Shown here piece by piece: positions 7,029 through 15,211 of a stretch of 36,303 nt of DNA. The notes beneath the pieces were generated by a model that was not told where the DNA came from, did no database searches, and saw only the letters and a list, made by a program, of their open reading frames with translations. Each line of letters opens with the position of its first letter. The stretch's first letter is position 1. Source of the DNA: Terrimicrobiaceae bacterium (lineage in GTDB: Bacteria > Verrucomicrobiota > Verrucomicrobiia > Chthoniobacterales > Terrimicrobiaceae); assembly GCA_041752695.1 (NCBI GenBank), contig JBGSVZ010000007.1, positions 1-36,303 of the forward strand, in the 5' to 3' direction. A program made the position numbers and the translations under genes.

Positions 7029-8939
7029 ATGACCTCCATCTGTTATGTCACGGGTTCACTTTATCCCGTGCAGAGCTTTGCCGACTGGCCCTTGGAGGTA
7101 TGGGCGAGAGCGGGCGCGGACGCTGCGCGGGGCGATAAAGTCACGGTGCTCTGGCTGGTGGCGTCGCGGGAGATGGATGGGGAAACGCCGCGCCGGCTCT
7201 ACCGCGAGCGGGGGGTGGAGTTGGTGACCTCCGCGGAATTGGAGCCGTATCTGGCGGTGGATGAAATCTTTGGCCGTGATCCGGCACTGCGCCTGTATCC
7301 CGCGCTGCGGAAGCTGCATCACGAACGGACATTCGACCGGATCGAGTTGCCCGCGGGGGAAGGGCTCTCTCTCCGGGTGATTCAAGCATCAATAGCCGGG
7401 TCTGGGTTTGACAACACGGTGATCACTCTGCACCTGGGAAAATTCGGCGAGTGGAACCGCTGGCGGAAGCGTCGCCTCAGCCTGACGAAGGAGGACATCA
7501 AGCGGGATTTTGCGGAGCGAGAAAGTGTGGAGGGCGCCGAGAATGTCCGGGCGTCGTCCGCGGCACTGATGACCTTTGCGGCGGAAATCGGGTGGGAGGT
7601 TTCTCACGGGCTTCCTGCGGCTCCGCCGGTGTTTTCCAGCGGGGTCGGGGAGGGGGGCGCCGCCCCGCAGCTTCCCTGCTTTGTGGGGGAAAAATCGGAG
7701 GAATGGGCAGACTTCCTCGCGCTGCTGGGGGCCAGATCCTCGTTGCCACGCTGGCTGGCGGCCTTTACGGAAAAGCTCGATGAAACGGAGCGCGCCCGTC
7801 TGCAAAAAGCGGTGCGGAGCGGCGGCGGCGCTGTCGAACTGCTCGCGCCCCGCCGCTGGGACACGCTGCCGGCCGCCTTGCGGGAAAAGGGAGCCATCGT
7901 CGTTCATTCCTCCGGGTTGGCCGACGCGCGACTGCGCTGGCTGGCAGCGGAAAAGGTCGCCTTCGTTTTTGCCCGAGAAACGATGGACGAGATTCCCGCA
8001 CTGACGGAATTTTCCAGCCTGGCCTTTGAGGTTTCCGATTCCGCCAGCATCATCCGCGCCCTCACTTCGGCTCGCAGCTTTTCCGATTGGTCCATGATTT
8101 TTAACGCGCTGCAACAGACGGTGGTGTCCCCGCACCCTCCAGTGCCTCCGAGATCCCGGGCGACCGCCACGCCGCGGGTGTTGATCACCGTTTCGCATTA
8201 CAACCTGGGCCGCTTGATGGAAGAAACGCTGGAAGCTCTGGCGGTGCAGGATTACCCGGCCGTTGATGTGCTGGTGGTGGACGATGGGTCGACCGACGCG
8301 GCGGCGCTGGAGGCGTTCCGGGCGATGAAGGAGGAGTTCCCGGCGTTTGAATTTGTGGAGCGCCCCCACGAAGGATATTGGAGTCCGCGCAATTTCGCGA
8401 TTCAGCAGTGCGCCGCCCCGTACATCATCGTGGTGGATGGCGACAATCTTCCCGTCCCGCAGATGGCATCGCGCTTCGTCGAGGCCATGGAGCGGAACGC
8501 GGGGATGGCGGCCTTCAGTTCCTATATCGCGGCCTTTGCTGAGACGCGGGAGGCGGCGCGGGCGGGGCAATTTGAAGGAGCGCACACGCCTCTGGGAGGG
8601 GATCCGGTCTCGGGATATTTCGAGAATGTTTATGGCGACACGAATTCCATCTTTCGGATTGAGGCGATCCGGGCCATTGGCGGATTCCGGGAAAATTTCC
8701 GCTGTTCCTTCGGCGACTGGGAAATTTTCCATCGTCTGGTCGGCGAGGGCCACCGGCTCGGCGTGGTGCCCGAAGTGCTTCTGCATTACCGCCGCCGACG
8801 AGCGGGCATGATCCGTCAATCCCCGCTTTATCCCAACTATTTCGCGTTATTCCAAACCATCGCCCCCGGACCGGCGCTGCGGTCCGCCGACCGGCGAAGG
8901 CTCGGCCATGCGCTGCACGGGCTGGCGCTGGCGCGCTGA
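7029..8939 (+). CDS. Glycosyltransferase: degenerate GT-B-like N-terminal part fused to a C-terminal GT2 domain
   Basis: C-terminal VLITVSHYN...LVVDDGSTD...RNFAI...YIIVVDGDN...DWEIF...LLHYR motifs are typical of GT2. Start set at ATG 7029 because the ORF-track GTG 6987 lies inside the hairpin. Confidence 0.85.
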   Translation: MTSICYVTGSLYPVQSFADWPLEVWARAGADAARGDKVTVLWLVASREMDGETPRRLYRERGVELVTSAELEPYLAVDEIFGRDPALRLYPALRKLHHERTFDRIELPAGEGLSLRVIQASIAGSGFDNTVITLHLGKFGEWNRWRKRRLSLTKEDIKRDFAERESVEGAENVRASSAALMTFAAEIGWEVSHGLPAAPPVFSSGVGEGGAAPQLPCFVGEKSEEWADFLALLGARSSLPRWLAAFTEKLDETERARLQKAVRSGGGAVELLAPRRWDTLPAALREKGAIVVHSSGLADARLRWLAAEKVAFVFARETMDEIPALTEFSSLAFEVSDSASIIRALTSARSFSDWSMIFNALQQTVVSPHPPVPPRSRATATPRVLITVSHYNLGRLMEETLEALAVQDYPAVDVLVVDDGSTDAAALEAFRAMKEEFPAFEFVERPHEGYWSPRNFAIQQCAAPYIIVVDGDNLPVPQMASRFVEAMERNAGMAAFSSYIAAFAETREAARAGQFEGAHTPLGGDPVSGYFENVYGDTNSIFRIEAIRAIGGFRENFRCSFGDWEIFHRLVGEGHRLGVVPEVLLHYRRRRAGMIRQSPLYPNYFALFQTIAPGPALRSADRRRLGHALHGLALAR

Positions 8940-8945
8940 TTGCCA

Positions 8946-8973
8946 TTGACGACATTTTTTCCGTTCCTACTTT
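8946..8973 (+). promoter_or_regulatory. Sigma70-like promoter for the sulfotransferase operon
   Basis: TTGACG (8946-8951), 16-bp spacer, TACTTT (8968-8973), 10 nt upstream of ATG 8984 in an AT-rich intergenic gap. Confidence 0.5.
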
Positions 8974-8983
8974 AACACACCTT

Positions 8984-9862
8984 ATGGCCGACGAACCCAC
9001 CTCCCCCGCGGAAACTCCTGCACCCGCCCCGCCTGCTCCCAAGCAGAAAGGAAAGTCCATCTATTTTCTCGGTGCCCTGCCCCGCGCCGGCAGCACTTTG
9101 ATTTCCAATGTGATGCTGCAGAACCCCCGGGTGCATGTCACCTCGTCGACCAGCGGGCTGCTCAACCTGCTCCTCGGCATCCGCAATCATTGGGAAAAGA
9201 TGGCGGAGTTCAAGGCGATGGACCGCGAGGAGGCCGCCGCCGCGCGCATCCGCGTGATGCGGGGGGTGATCCTGGCGTTTTTCGCCAATGTCGATAAACC
9301 CGTGGTCATTGACAAAGGCCGCGGCTGGATCGGCCAGATTCCGCTCATCGAGGCCCTGGTCGGCCGCAAGGTCAAAATCATCTGCCCGGTGCGCGACGTG
9401 CGCGACATTCTCGCCAGTTTCGAAAAAGTGGTGAGCCGAAACCCGATGCAGCCGACCTCGCAGGAACTCGCGCATCCCGCGCAATGGGAGACCATCGAGG
9501 GACGCTGCCAGATCTGGTTTGCGCAGAATCAACCCGTGGGCGGACCCTACCGCAAGCTGCGTGATGCCATGATCAAGGGATTTCGCGACCGTCTGCATTT
9601 TGTGGATTACGACGATTTCACCGCGCATCCCGCGCGTTCGATGAAGGAGTTGTACGACTTTTTGGGCGAACCGTATTACGAGCACGATTTTGACAACGTC
9701 GAGCAGAAGACCTTTGAGGACGACGATGTCTGGAAGATGCCGGGCCTTCACACCATCCGCCAGCAGGTGAAACCCCAGGGCCCGCAATGGCCGAAGATTC
9801 TCCCGCCGGATGTCGCGAAAAAATACCCCGGCCGCGAGCTCTGGAAGAAAAAGCAGAAGTGA
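8984..9862 (+). CDS. PAPS-dependent sulfotransferase
   Basis: 5'-PSB loop FLGALPRAGSTL, DK motif, 3'-PB motif VRDVRDILAS, and VDYDDFTAHP. Confidence 0.88.
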   Translation: MADEPTSPAETPAPAPPAPKQKGKSIYFLGALPRAGSTLISNVMLQNPRVHVTSSTSGLLNLLLGIRNHWEKMAEFKAMDREEAAAARIRVMRGVILAFFANVDKPVVIDKGRGWIGQIPLIEALVGRKVKIICPVRDVRDILASFEKVVSRNPMQPTSQELAHPAQWETIEGRCQIWFAQNQPVGGPYRKLRDAMIKGFRDRLHFVDYDDFTAHPARSMKELYDFLGEPYYEHDFDNVEQKTFEDDDVWKMPGLHTIRQQVKPQGPQWPKILPPDVAKKYPGRELWKKKQK

Positions 9863-10755
9863 AGATCCTGTTCACCATCCCGCATTTTTTCGAAGCGGGT
9901 GGAAAAGGGGCGCGCAACTACGGCTCCATCGGCAAGGCCCCCGAACCCCGTGTCGGGGCGCTGGCTCTGACCATCTCCGCGCTCTGGCAGGCTTTCGGGC
10001 CTCGCCAGTATTCGTTGAATCACGCCAGCCGCAAGGGCCTCCCGGCCAACGGCCGCTTCCGCAATCATATGGCGGTCTGCGTCTGCACCACGGGCCGGCG
10101 ACATCTGCTGGCGCGCCTCGAACACATCAAGGATCGCTTCACCCAAGTTCCGACCGAGGCCGAAGCGCCGCTGCTCGGCTATGAATGCCACCGGGTGCTG
10201 AAGGAGAATCTCGGAAAGTTCGATTATTATTGTTATCTGGAAGACGACCTCGTCCTGCGCGATCCCCTTTTCTTTCAGAAACTTGCGTGGTTTAACGGCC
10301 TCGCCGACGAAGGGGCGCTGCTGTTGCCGAACCGCTACGAATACGCGGTCACGGGGGGTATTCACAAAGTGTACATCGATGGCGAAATGCGGCCGCGGGC
10401 TTCGAAGGATTTTCAGAATCCCACGGAAAAGACCGTCCTGACCGGCCAGGTCCTCGGCGCTCCCGTCCGGCTCTCGCGCACGTGGAATCCCCATTCGGGA
10501 AGTTTTTTCCTGAACGAAAAACAGATGACCCACTGGGCGGCCCAGGAGTATTTCCTGGATCGTAGCACGGCCTTCATCGGACCTCCCGAGAGTGCCGCGA
10601 CGCTCGGCATCATGAAGGCCTTCCGGATTTATAAACCCGCCCTGCCCAACGCCGGATTTCTGGAAATCGAACATTGTGGCACAAGTTACCTGCGCCTGCT
10701 CGGTCGGCAGGTGCCGATCGAAAGCGCCGCTCCCGCGTCCAGCTCCGTCGCCTGA
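9859..10755 (+). CDS. Uncharacterised protein, GT-A-fold-like (DYYCYLEDDL)
   Basis: GTG start overlaps the sulfotransferase stop (GTGA). MKILFTIPHFF N-terminus. The acidic EDD motif follows a hydrophobic strand, as in GT-A enzymes. Confidence 0.6.
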   Translation: MKILFTIPHFFEAGGKGARNYGSIGKAPEPRVGALALTISALWQAFGPRQYSLNHASRKGLPANGRFRNHMAVCVCTTGRRHLLARLEHIKDRFTQVPTEAEAPLLGYECHRVLKENLGKFDYYCYLEDDLVLRDPLFFQKLAWFNGLADEGALLLPNRYEYAVTGGIHKVYIDGEMRPRASKDFQNPTEKTVLTGQVLGAPVRLSRTWNPHSGSFFLNEKQMTHWAAQEYFLDRSTAFIGPPESAATLGIMKAFRIYKPALPNAGFLEIEHCGTSYLRLLGRQVPIESAAPASSSVA

Positions 10756-10786
10756 TCCCTAGTCCCGCTTCCGCGGTTTTCTCATC

Positions 10787-12025
10787 TTGCGTCTTCTCTT
10801 TGTTTCCACCGCCTACCCCGGCCGCCTCGGGGCACTCGCCCGTGGCCTGGCCGCCCTCGAGGGGTTCGAATGCCGTTTCCTCTGCCGCCAAGCCGTGGCC
10901 GACGAACCGACCGATGGACTGGTCCTGGAGCCGTTTGATGACGATGTGGCACCGGGGCCGGACTCGCATCCCGTCACCCGGTTTTTTGAAGGTCAGGTAA
11001 AAATGGCGGACGCCGTCTGCGAGGCGATGCGGGAGCTCGACTGGCAGCCCGATGTGGTCATCAACCAAAGCTGCGACGGCAGCGCCCTCCTGGCCCGCCA
11101 CCGGTTCCCGGACTGCAAGGTCGTGACCCGTTTCGGCGCGTTCCAGCGTCCGCGCATGGCGGAACTCGGCTTCCGTTCTTCCGGCGTTCCGTCCGAACTC
11201 GAATTGTTGGAAGGGACCGCGCGCAATGCCATTCCTCTCATAGAGTTGCTGCATTGCGATGCGGCGATGGTTCCCTCGATGCATTTGCACGGACTGCTGC
11301 CGGAAGAATTTTCCTACAAGGCGCGCGTGCTCTTCGAGGGATGCGACACGGAATTGTACCGCCCGGTGAATCGGGACGAGGCCCTGGTTTTTGGAGAACA
11401 GATTCCTGCGGATACGCGGCTGGTCAGTTTTGTCAGCGCCCGGCTCGACCCCGAACACGGCCTGCCGACGTTTTTGAATGCCGCCCGGCAGATTCACAAA
11501 CGCCGTCCGGATGTTCTTTTCGCCATCTGTGGCCGGGAAGTGAAACGTCGTGGACGCGCCACTCTGCGCCAGCGCATGTCCGCGGCAGGCATGCCGATGG
11601 AGCGATTTCTCTTTTCCGATCCGCGTTCGCGTCAGGACATGGCGGCTTTGTATTCCCGCTCGGATGTGGTGCTCCACCTCGCCGCCCCGGGCCAGACGCC
11701 GGAACGGCTGATCGAGGCGCTCTCCTGCGGTGCGCTGGTCCTCGGCTCCGACACGCCCCCGGTGCGTGAATTTATCCGTCACCGGCAGAACGGCCTTCTG
11801 GCGGGCTATTTCGATCCCTCCGCCCTGGCGGACGAAGCGGTGCGCGTGCTGGAGTGCCCGCACGAATTTGAAGAGATGCGCCAGAACGCGAGGTCTTGCG
11901 TGGAACGCTATTTGTCCATCCCTGTTGCTTTGAAAAATTTCCGCCACCTGCTCGACAGTCTGGGTGACCGGCTGCCGCAGAGGTTTACGTCGGATCTGGT
12001 GAGTCCGGAAGCTGGGGAAGGATGA
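10787..12025 (+). CDS. Glycosyltransferase family 4, divergent paralog of the next gene
   Basis: TTG start. WQPDVVI, LIEALSCGALVLGSDTPPVREFIRHRQNGLL form a GT4 C-terminal motif. Collinear with 12030-13241. Confidence 0.85.
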   Translation: MRLLFVSTAYPGRLGALARGLAALEGFECRFLCRQAVADEPTDGLVLEPFDDDVAPGPDSHPVTRFFEGQVKMADAVCEAMRELDWQPDVVINQSCDGSALLARHRFPDCKVVTRFGAFQRPRMAELGFRSSGVPSELELLEGTARNAIPLIELLHCDAAMVPSMHLHGLLPEEFSYKARVLFEGCDTELYRPVNRDEALVFGEQIPADTRLVSFVSARLDPEHGLPTFLNAARQIHKRRPDVLFAICGREVKRRGRATLRQRMSAAGMPMERFLFSDPRSRQDMAALYSRSDVVLHLAAPGQTPERLIEALSCGALVLGSDTPPVREFIRHRQNGLLAGYFDPSALADEAVRVLECPHEFEEMRQNARSCVERYLSIPVALKNFRHLLDSLGDRLPQRFTSDLVSPEAGEG

Positions 12026-12029
12026 GAAA

Positions 12030-13241
12030 ATGAACGTCCTTTTTGTCCACCAAAATTTCCCCGCCCAGTTCGGCTACATCGCGCAGGCCTTGCAAAAGCA
12101 ACACGGCTGGAACTGTGTGTATGCCACGAAGTGGAAAGGCGAGTTCAAGGCGCTGCCCTTCATCAAATACCGTCAGGCGGGCGGGGCGACGGACCAGGTG
12201 CATTTTCTGGCGCGCAATTTCGAAAACACCAGCCGCGCGGCGCTCGGGGTGTACCGGGCGGTGCGTGATGCCAAGTTCCGCCACAAACCCGATGTGGTGG
12301 TCGGCCACTCCGGGTTCGGCTCCACGGCCTTTCTGGGCGAACTCCTGCAGTGTCCGGTGGTGAATCTTTTTGAGTTTTTCTACCGACCCTATCGCGGGGT
12401 GAATTTCCGTCCCGAGTTTCCCATCGAGGAGGAGTTTCAAAAGCGGCTGCATGTCCTCAACGCCACCATCCTGCTGGATCTGCACGCGGCGGCGGCGGGC
12501 TATACCCCGACCCATTTTCAGCGCAATCAATTTCCCCGCGAATACCTGCCGAAAATCGATACCCTCTTCGATGGAGTCGATACCACCGTTTTCCGGCCGC
12601 GTCCGAGCAGGCCCCGCGTCATTCATGGCCGCACAATCCCTGACGACGTCAAGATCGTCACCTACGTCTCCCGCGGATTTGAGTCCACCCGCGGATTCGA
12701 TATCTTCATCCGCGTGGCGAAGCGGATCTATGCGGAATACCCCAACGTCCTTTTTGTCTGCGTGGGCAGCAACCGGGTTTGTTACGGGGGCGACCTGCGA
12801 TTTATTGAGGAGAAATCTTTTCGCGAACACGTGGAAAAAAAGGAACAGCCCGACCCCGAGAAGTTTTTCTACACCGGCACCGTGCCCACGGGAGAACTGG
12901 CCGACATTCTTGCTCTGAGCGACGCCCACATTTATTTCACCGTGCCATTCGTGCTTTCCTGGTCTTTATTTAATGCGATGTCGAGCGGGTGCCGCATTGT
13001 TTCGTGCCGGGTTGCTCCGGTGGAGGAGGCCATCATTCATGGCCAGAGCGGTCTACTTTCGGATTTTTATGATGTCGAGGGACATGCCCAGCACGCGCTG
13101 CAGATTTTGCGCCAGCCCGACGCTTGGGCGCATCTCGGCGTGAACGCGCGACGCACGATCGAAGCCAAATACGATCTCACCCGCACCCTCCCGCAGTTCA
13201 TGCGGCTGCTTGGCCGCGCGACCGGCAAACCCACACCGTGA
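12030..13241 (+). CDS. Glycosyltransferase family 4 (HQNFPxQF, Glyco_trans_4_3 / ExpC-WgcA-like)
   Basis: MNVLFVHQNFPAQF, PDVVVGHSGFG, RGFESTRGF, YFTVPFVLSWSLFNAMSSGC signature. Confidence 0.9.
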   Translation: MNVLFVHQNFPAQFGYIAQALQKQHGWNCVYATKWKGEFKALPFIKYRQAGGATDQVHFLARNFENTSRAALGVYRAVRDAKFRHKPDVVVGHSGFGSTAFLGELLQCPVVNLFEFFYRPYRGVNFRPEFPIEEEFQKRLHVLNATILLDLHAAAAGYTPTHFQRNQFPREYLPKIDTLFDGVDTTVFRPRPSRPRVIHGRTIPDDVKIVTYVSRGFESTRGFDIFIRVAKRIYAEYPNVLFVCVGSNRVCYGGDLRFIEEKSFREHVEKKEQPDPEKFFYTGTVPTGELADILALSDAHIYFTVPFVLSWSLFNAMSSGCRIVSCRVAPVEEAIIHGQSGLLSDFYDVEGHAQHALQILRQPDAWAHLGVNARRTIEAKYDLTRTLPQFMRLLGRATGKPTP

Positions 13242-15211
13242 GCAACGAAGTCACCAATTCGCCTGTTCCCGCTGCCCGGCCTCAGCCGGCGGCGGCTCGT
13301 CCCTTCGCGCATGACCCCATGCTGGCGAAGCTGAGTCTCACGCAGACCTCGCCGGTTGCATTTTACGAATCCCTGGCGAAGCGATTGTCGAACAAGGTGG
13401 GCGCTCTCAGCGGGGCGATCTGGCTGCGCCCGACGACTCCGGGGGGCAAGCTGGATTTTAAGGGGGCGTTTTCCCGCGTGCCCGACGGCACCCGTATCGG
13501 GAAAGCGATGCTGGAAAATGCCCGCCACGCCTTGAAGGCGAATCAACGGCTCTTCATCTATCCGAAAAAATCAGATGCCCCGGAAACGAACAAGAACCCC
13601 AACGACACTCCGTTCCTCTGGGTGTTTGAGGTCATTAACTCGCCGTGCGGGACGTCGGGCGTGATGCTGCTCATGTTTGAGGCGAAGAGCCCCGCGGCGG
13701 AAATTCGCCGCCGCCTGTCGGCCGCCGGGGACATCGGATTTTATATCGATACTCACGAGACGTCCCGGGTGGGACGGCTCACCCAGGCCAATAACCAACA
13801 TCTGGCCCGCTGCCTGTCGTTTTGCCAGGGGCTGACGGGAAATCTTTCCGAGAAAGATCTGATCAATCAGGCGGCCAATGATCTACGCGACATGGCCGGC
13901 TGTGAACGAGTGTCTGTTTTTGAGTGGCGCCGCGGCAAAGCCGTTTTGAAAGCCATTTCCGGCGTGACGGAGATCGAGCGCTCCAGCTTGACTTCGAGCG
14001 CGTTAGAGCTGGCGGCAGTCGCGTTGCTCAAGGACAAGGCCGAGGCCATCGTGACGCTGCCGCCGACCGAGCCCGACTCTGCCCTGGAAAATCTGGCGAC
14101 GCGCAGCAATGCCAAATCGTTGCTGGCAATGGCGGCGGAAGGGGAGGACGGACACCGCCTCTTTGCGGTGATTTTCGAAAGCACCGAGCCCGAGGGTTTC
14201 GCCAGCGGTGAGGGCGAGGCGCGCAAGGAAACTCCGGCGACGGCCACCGCTCGCTGGGCCTGGCAACAGGGCTCGAAGGCCCTGGTGGCGAGCCATCGCT
14301 ACAGTTCGCTCCCGCTGGTTGGCTTGCTCTCCAAGTTGCGCACCGTTCGCGAGGATCTCTCCACGGGCCGCCGTCGCAGCCGCTATTGGGTGCTCGGAGG
14401 ATTGGCCCTGTTATTTTTGGTCATCTGCCTGTTCCCCTGGCGGGAGAGGTCCGTGGGCAATTGTGTTCTGCTGCCCTCCCAGCGCGGGGTGGTGGTTTCC
14501 GAAAACACCGGCCGCGTCGCGCAGGTGATGGTGAAGGAAGGTTCGATTGTCAAAGCGGGTGACGTGGTGGCCAGGCTCGATTCCATGGAGTTGGAAACCC
14601 AGCTGCAGGTCACCCGGCAGGAACGTCTCAAGCTGGAGGCTCAGGCGCGGCTCTCCCAAGCGGACGGCGATCTGGGGGCCTATCAAGTCAGCTATTTGCA
14701 ACTCCAGCGCGCGATTGAGCAGGAGAACAAACTGCGTCACGATTTGGCCCAATGCACTTTGCGTTCCCCGATGGACGGCATTATTCTCACCAAGGATATC
14801 GAACTCCGCCGCGGGAGCGTGCTGCAAATTGGCGAACCGCTTTGCGAAGTTGCGGCGATGCGGGATTGGGATCTACAGGTGAGTGTTCCGGAGTCCGATT
14901 ACTGGCTCCTCCGCAAGTCGCTGGAGCGCGGCGAACCCGTCCCCGTGGAGTTTCTCCTCTATGCCCGGTCGGGCTTAAAGATGAAGGGTGAACTCGCCTC
15001 CGTCGCGGACATCAGCCAGATGACTTATACGGAAAAAGAGGAAAATGTGTTTTATGCGACTGTCCACGGCATCACCCTGCCGAAGGAATTTGAAACCGAT
15101 GTGCGCCCCGGATTCTCCGGAAAAGCGCGCGTGTTGCTCGGATACAGCCCGCTCATCGAGGTGCTCACTCGCAAGTTTGTCCACTTTCTCCGCACACATT
15201 GGGTGATTTGA
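13238..15211 (+). CDS. GAF-domain / HlyD-family membrane fusion (periplasmic adaptor) protein
   Basis: GTG start overlaps the GT4 stop (GTGA). GAF-like region with CERVSVF..AISG, one TM (YWVLGGLALLFLVICLFPW), lipoyl half-motif GRVAQVMVKEGSIVKAGDVVARLD, coiled coil, LRSPMDG and RPGFSGKARV. Confidence 0.85.
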   Translation: MSNEVTNSPVPAARPQPAAARPFAHDPMLAKLSLTQTSPVAFYESLAKRLSNKVGALSGAIWLRPTTPGGKLDFKGAFSRVPDGTRIGKAMLENARHALKANQRLFIYPKKSDAPETNKNPNDTPFLWVFEVINSPCGTSGVMLLMFEAKSPAAEIRRRLSAAGDIGFYIDTHETSRVGRLTQANNQHLARCLSFCQGLTGNLSEKDLINQAANDLRDMAGCERVSVFEWRRGKAVLKAISGVTEIERSSLTSSALELAAVALLKDKAEAIVTLPPTEPDSALENLATRSNAKSLLAMAAEGEDGHRLFAVIFESTEPEGFASGEGEARKETPATATARWAWQQGSKALVASHRYSSLPLVGLLSKLRTVREDLSTGRRRSRYWVLGGLALLFLVICLFPWRERSVGNCVLLPSQRGVVVSENTGRVAQVMVKEGSIVKAGDVVARLDSMELETQLQVTRQERLKLEAQARLSQADGDLGAYQVSYLQLQRAIEQENKLRHDLAQCTLRSPMDGIILTKDIELRRGSVLQIGEPLCEVAAMRDWDLQVSVPESDYWLLRKSLERGEPVPVEFLLYARSGLKMKGELASVADISQMTYTEKEENVFYATVHGITLPKEFETDVRPGFSGKARVLLGYSPLIEVLTRKFVHFLRTHWVI

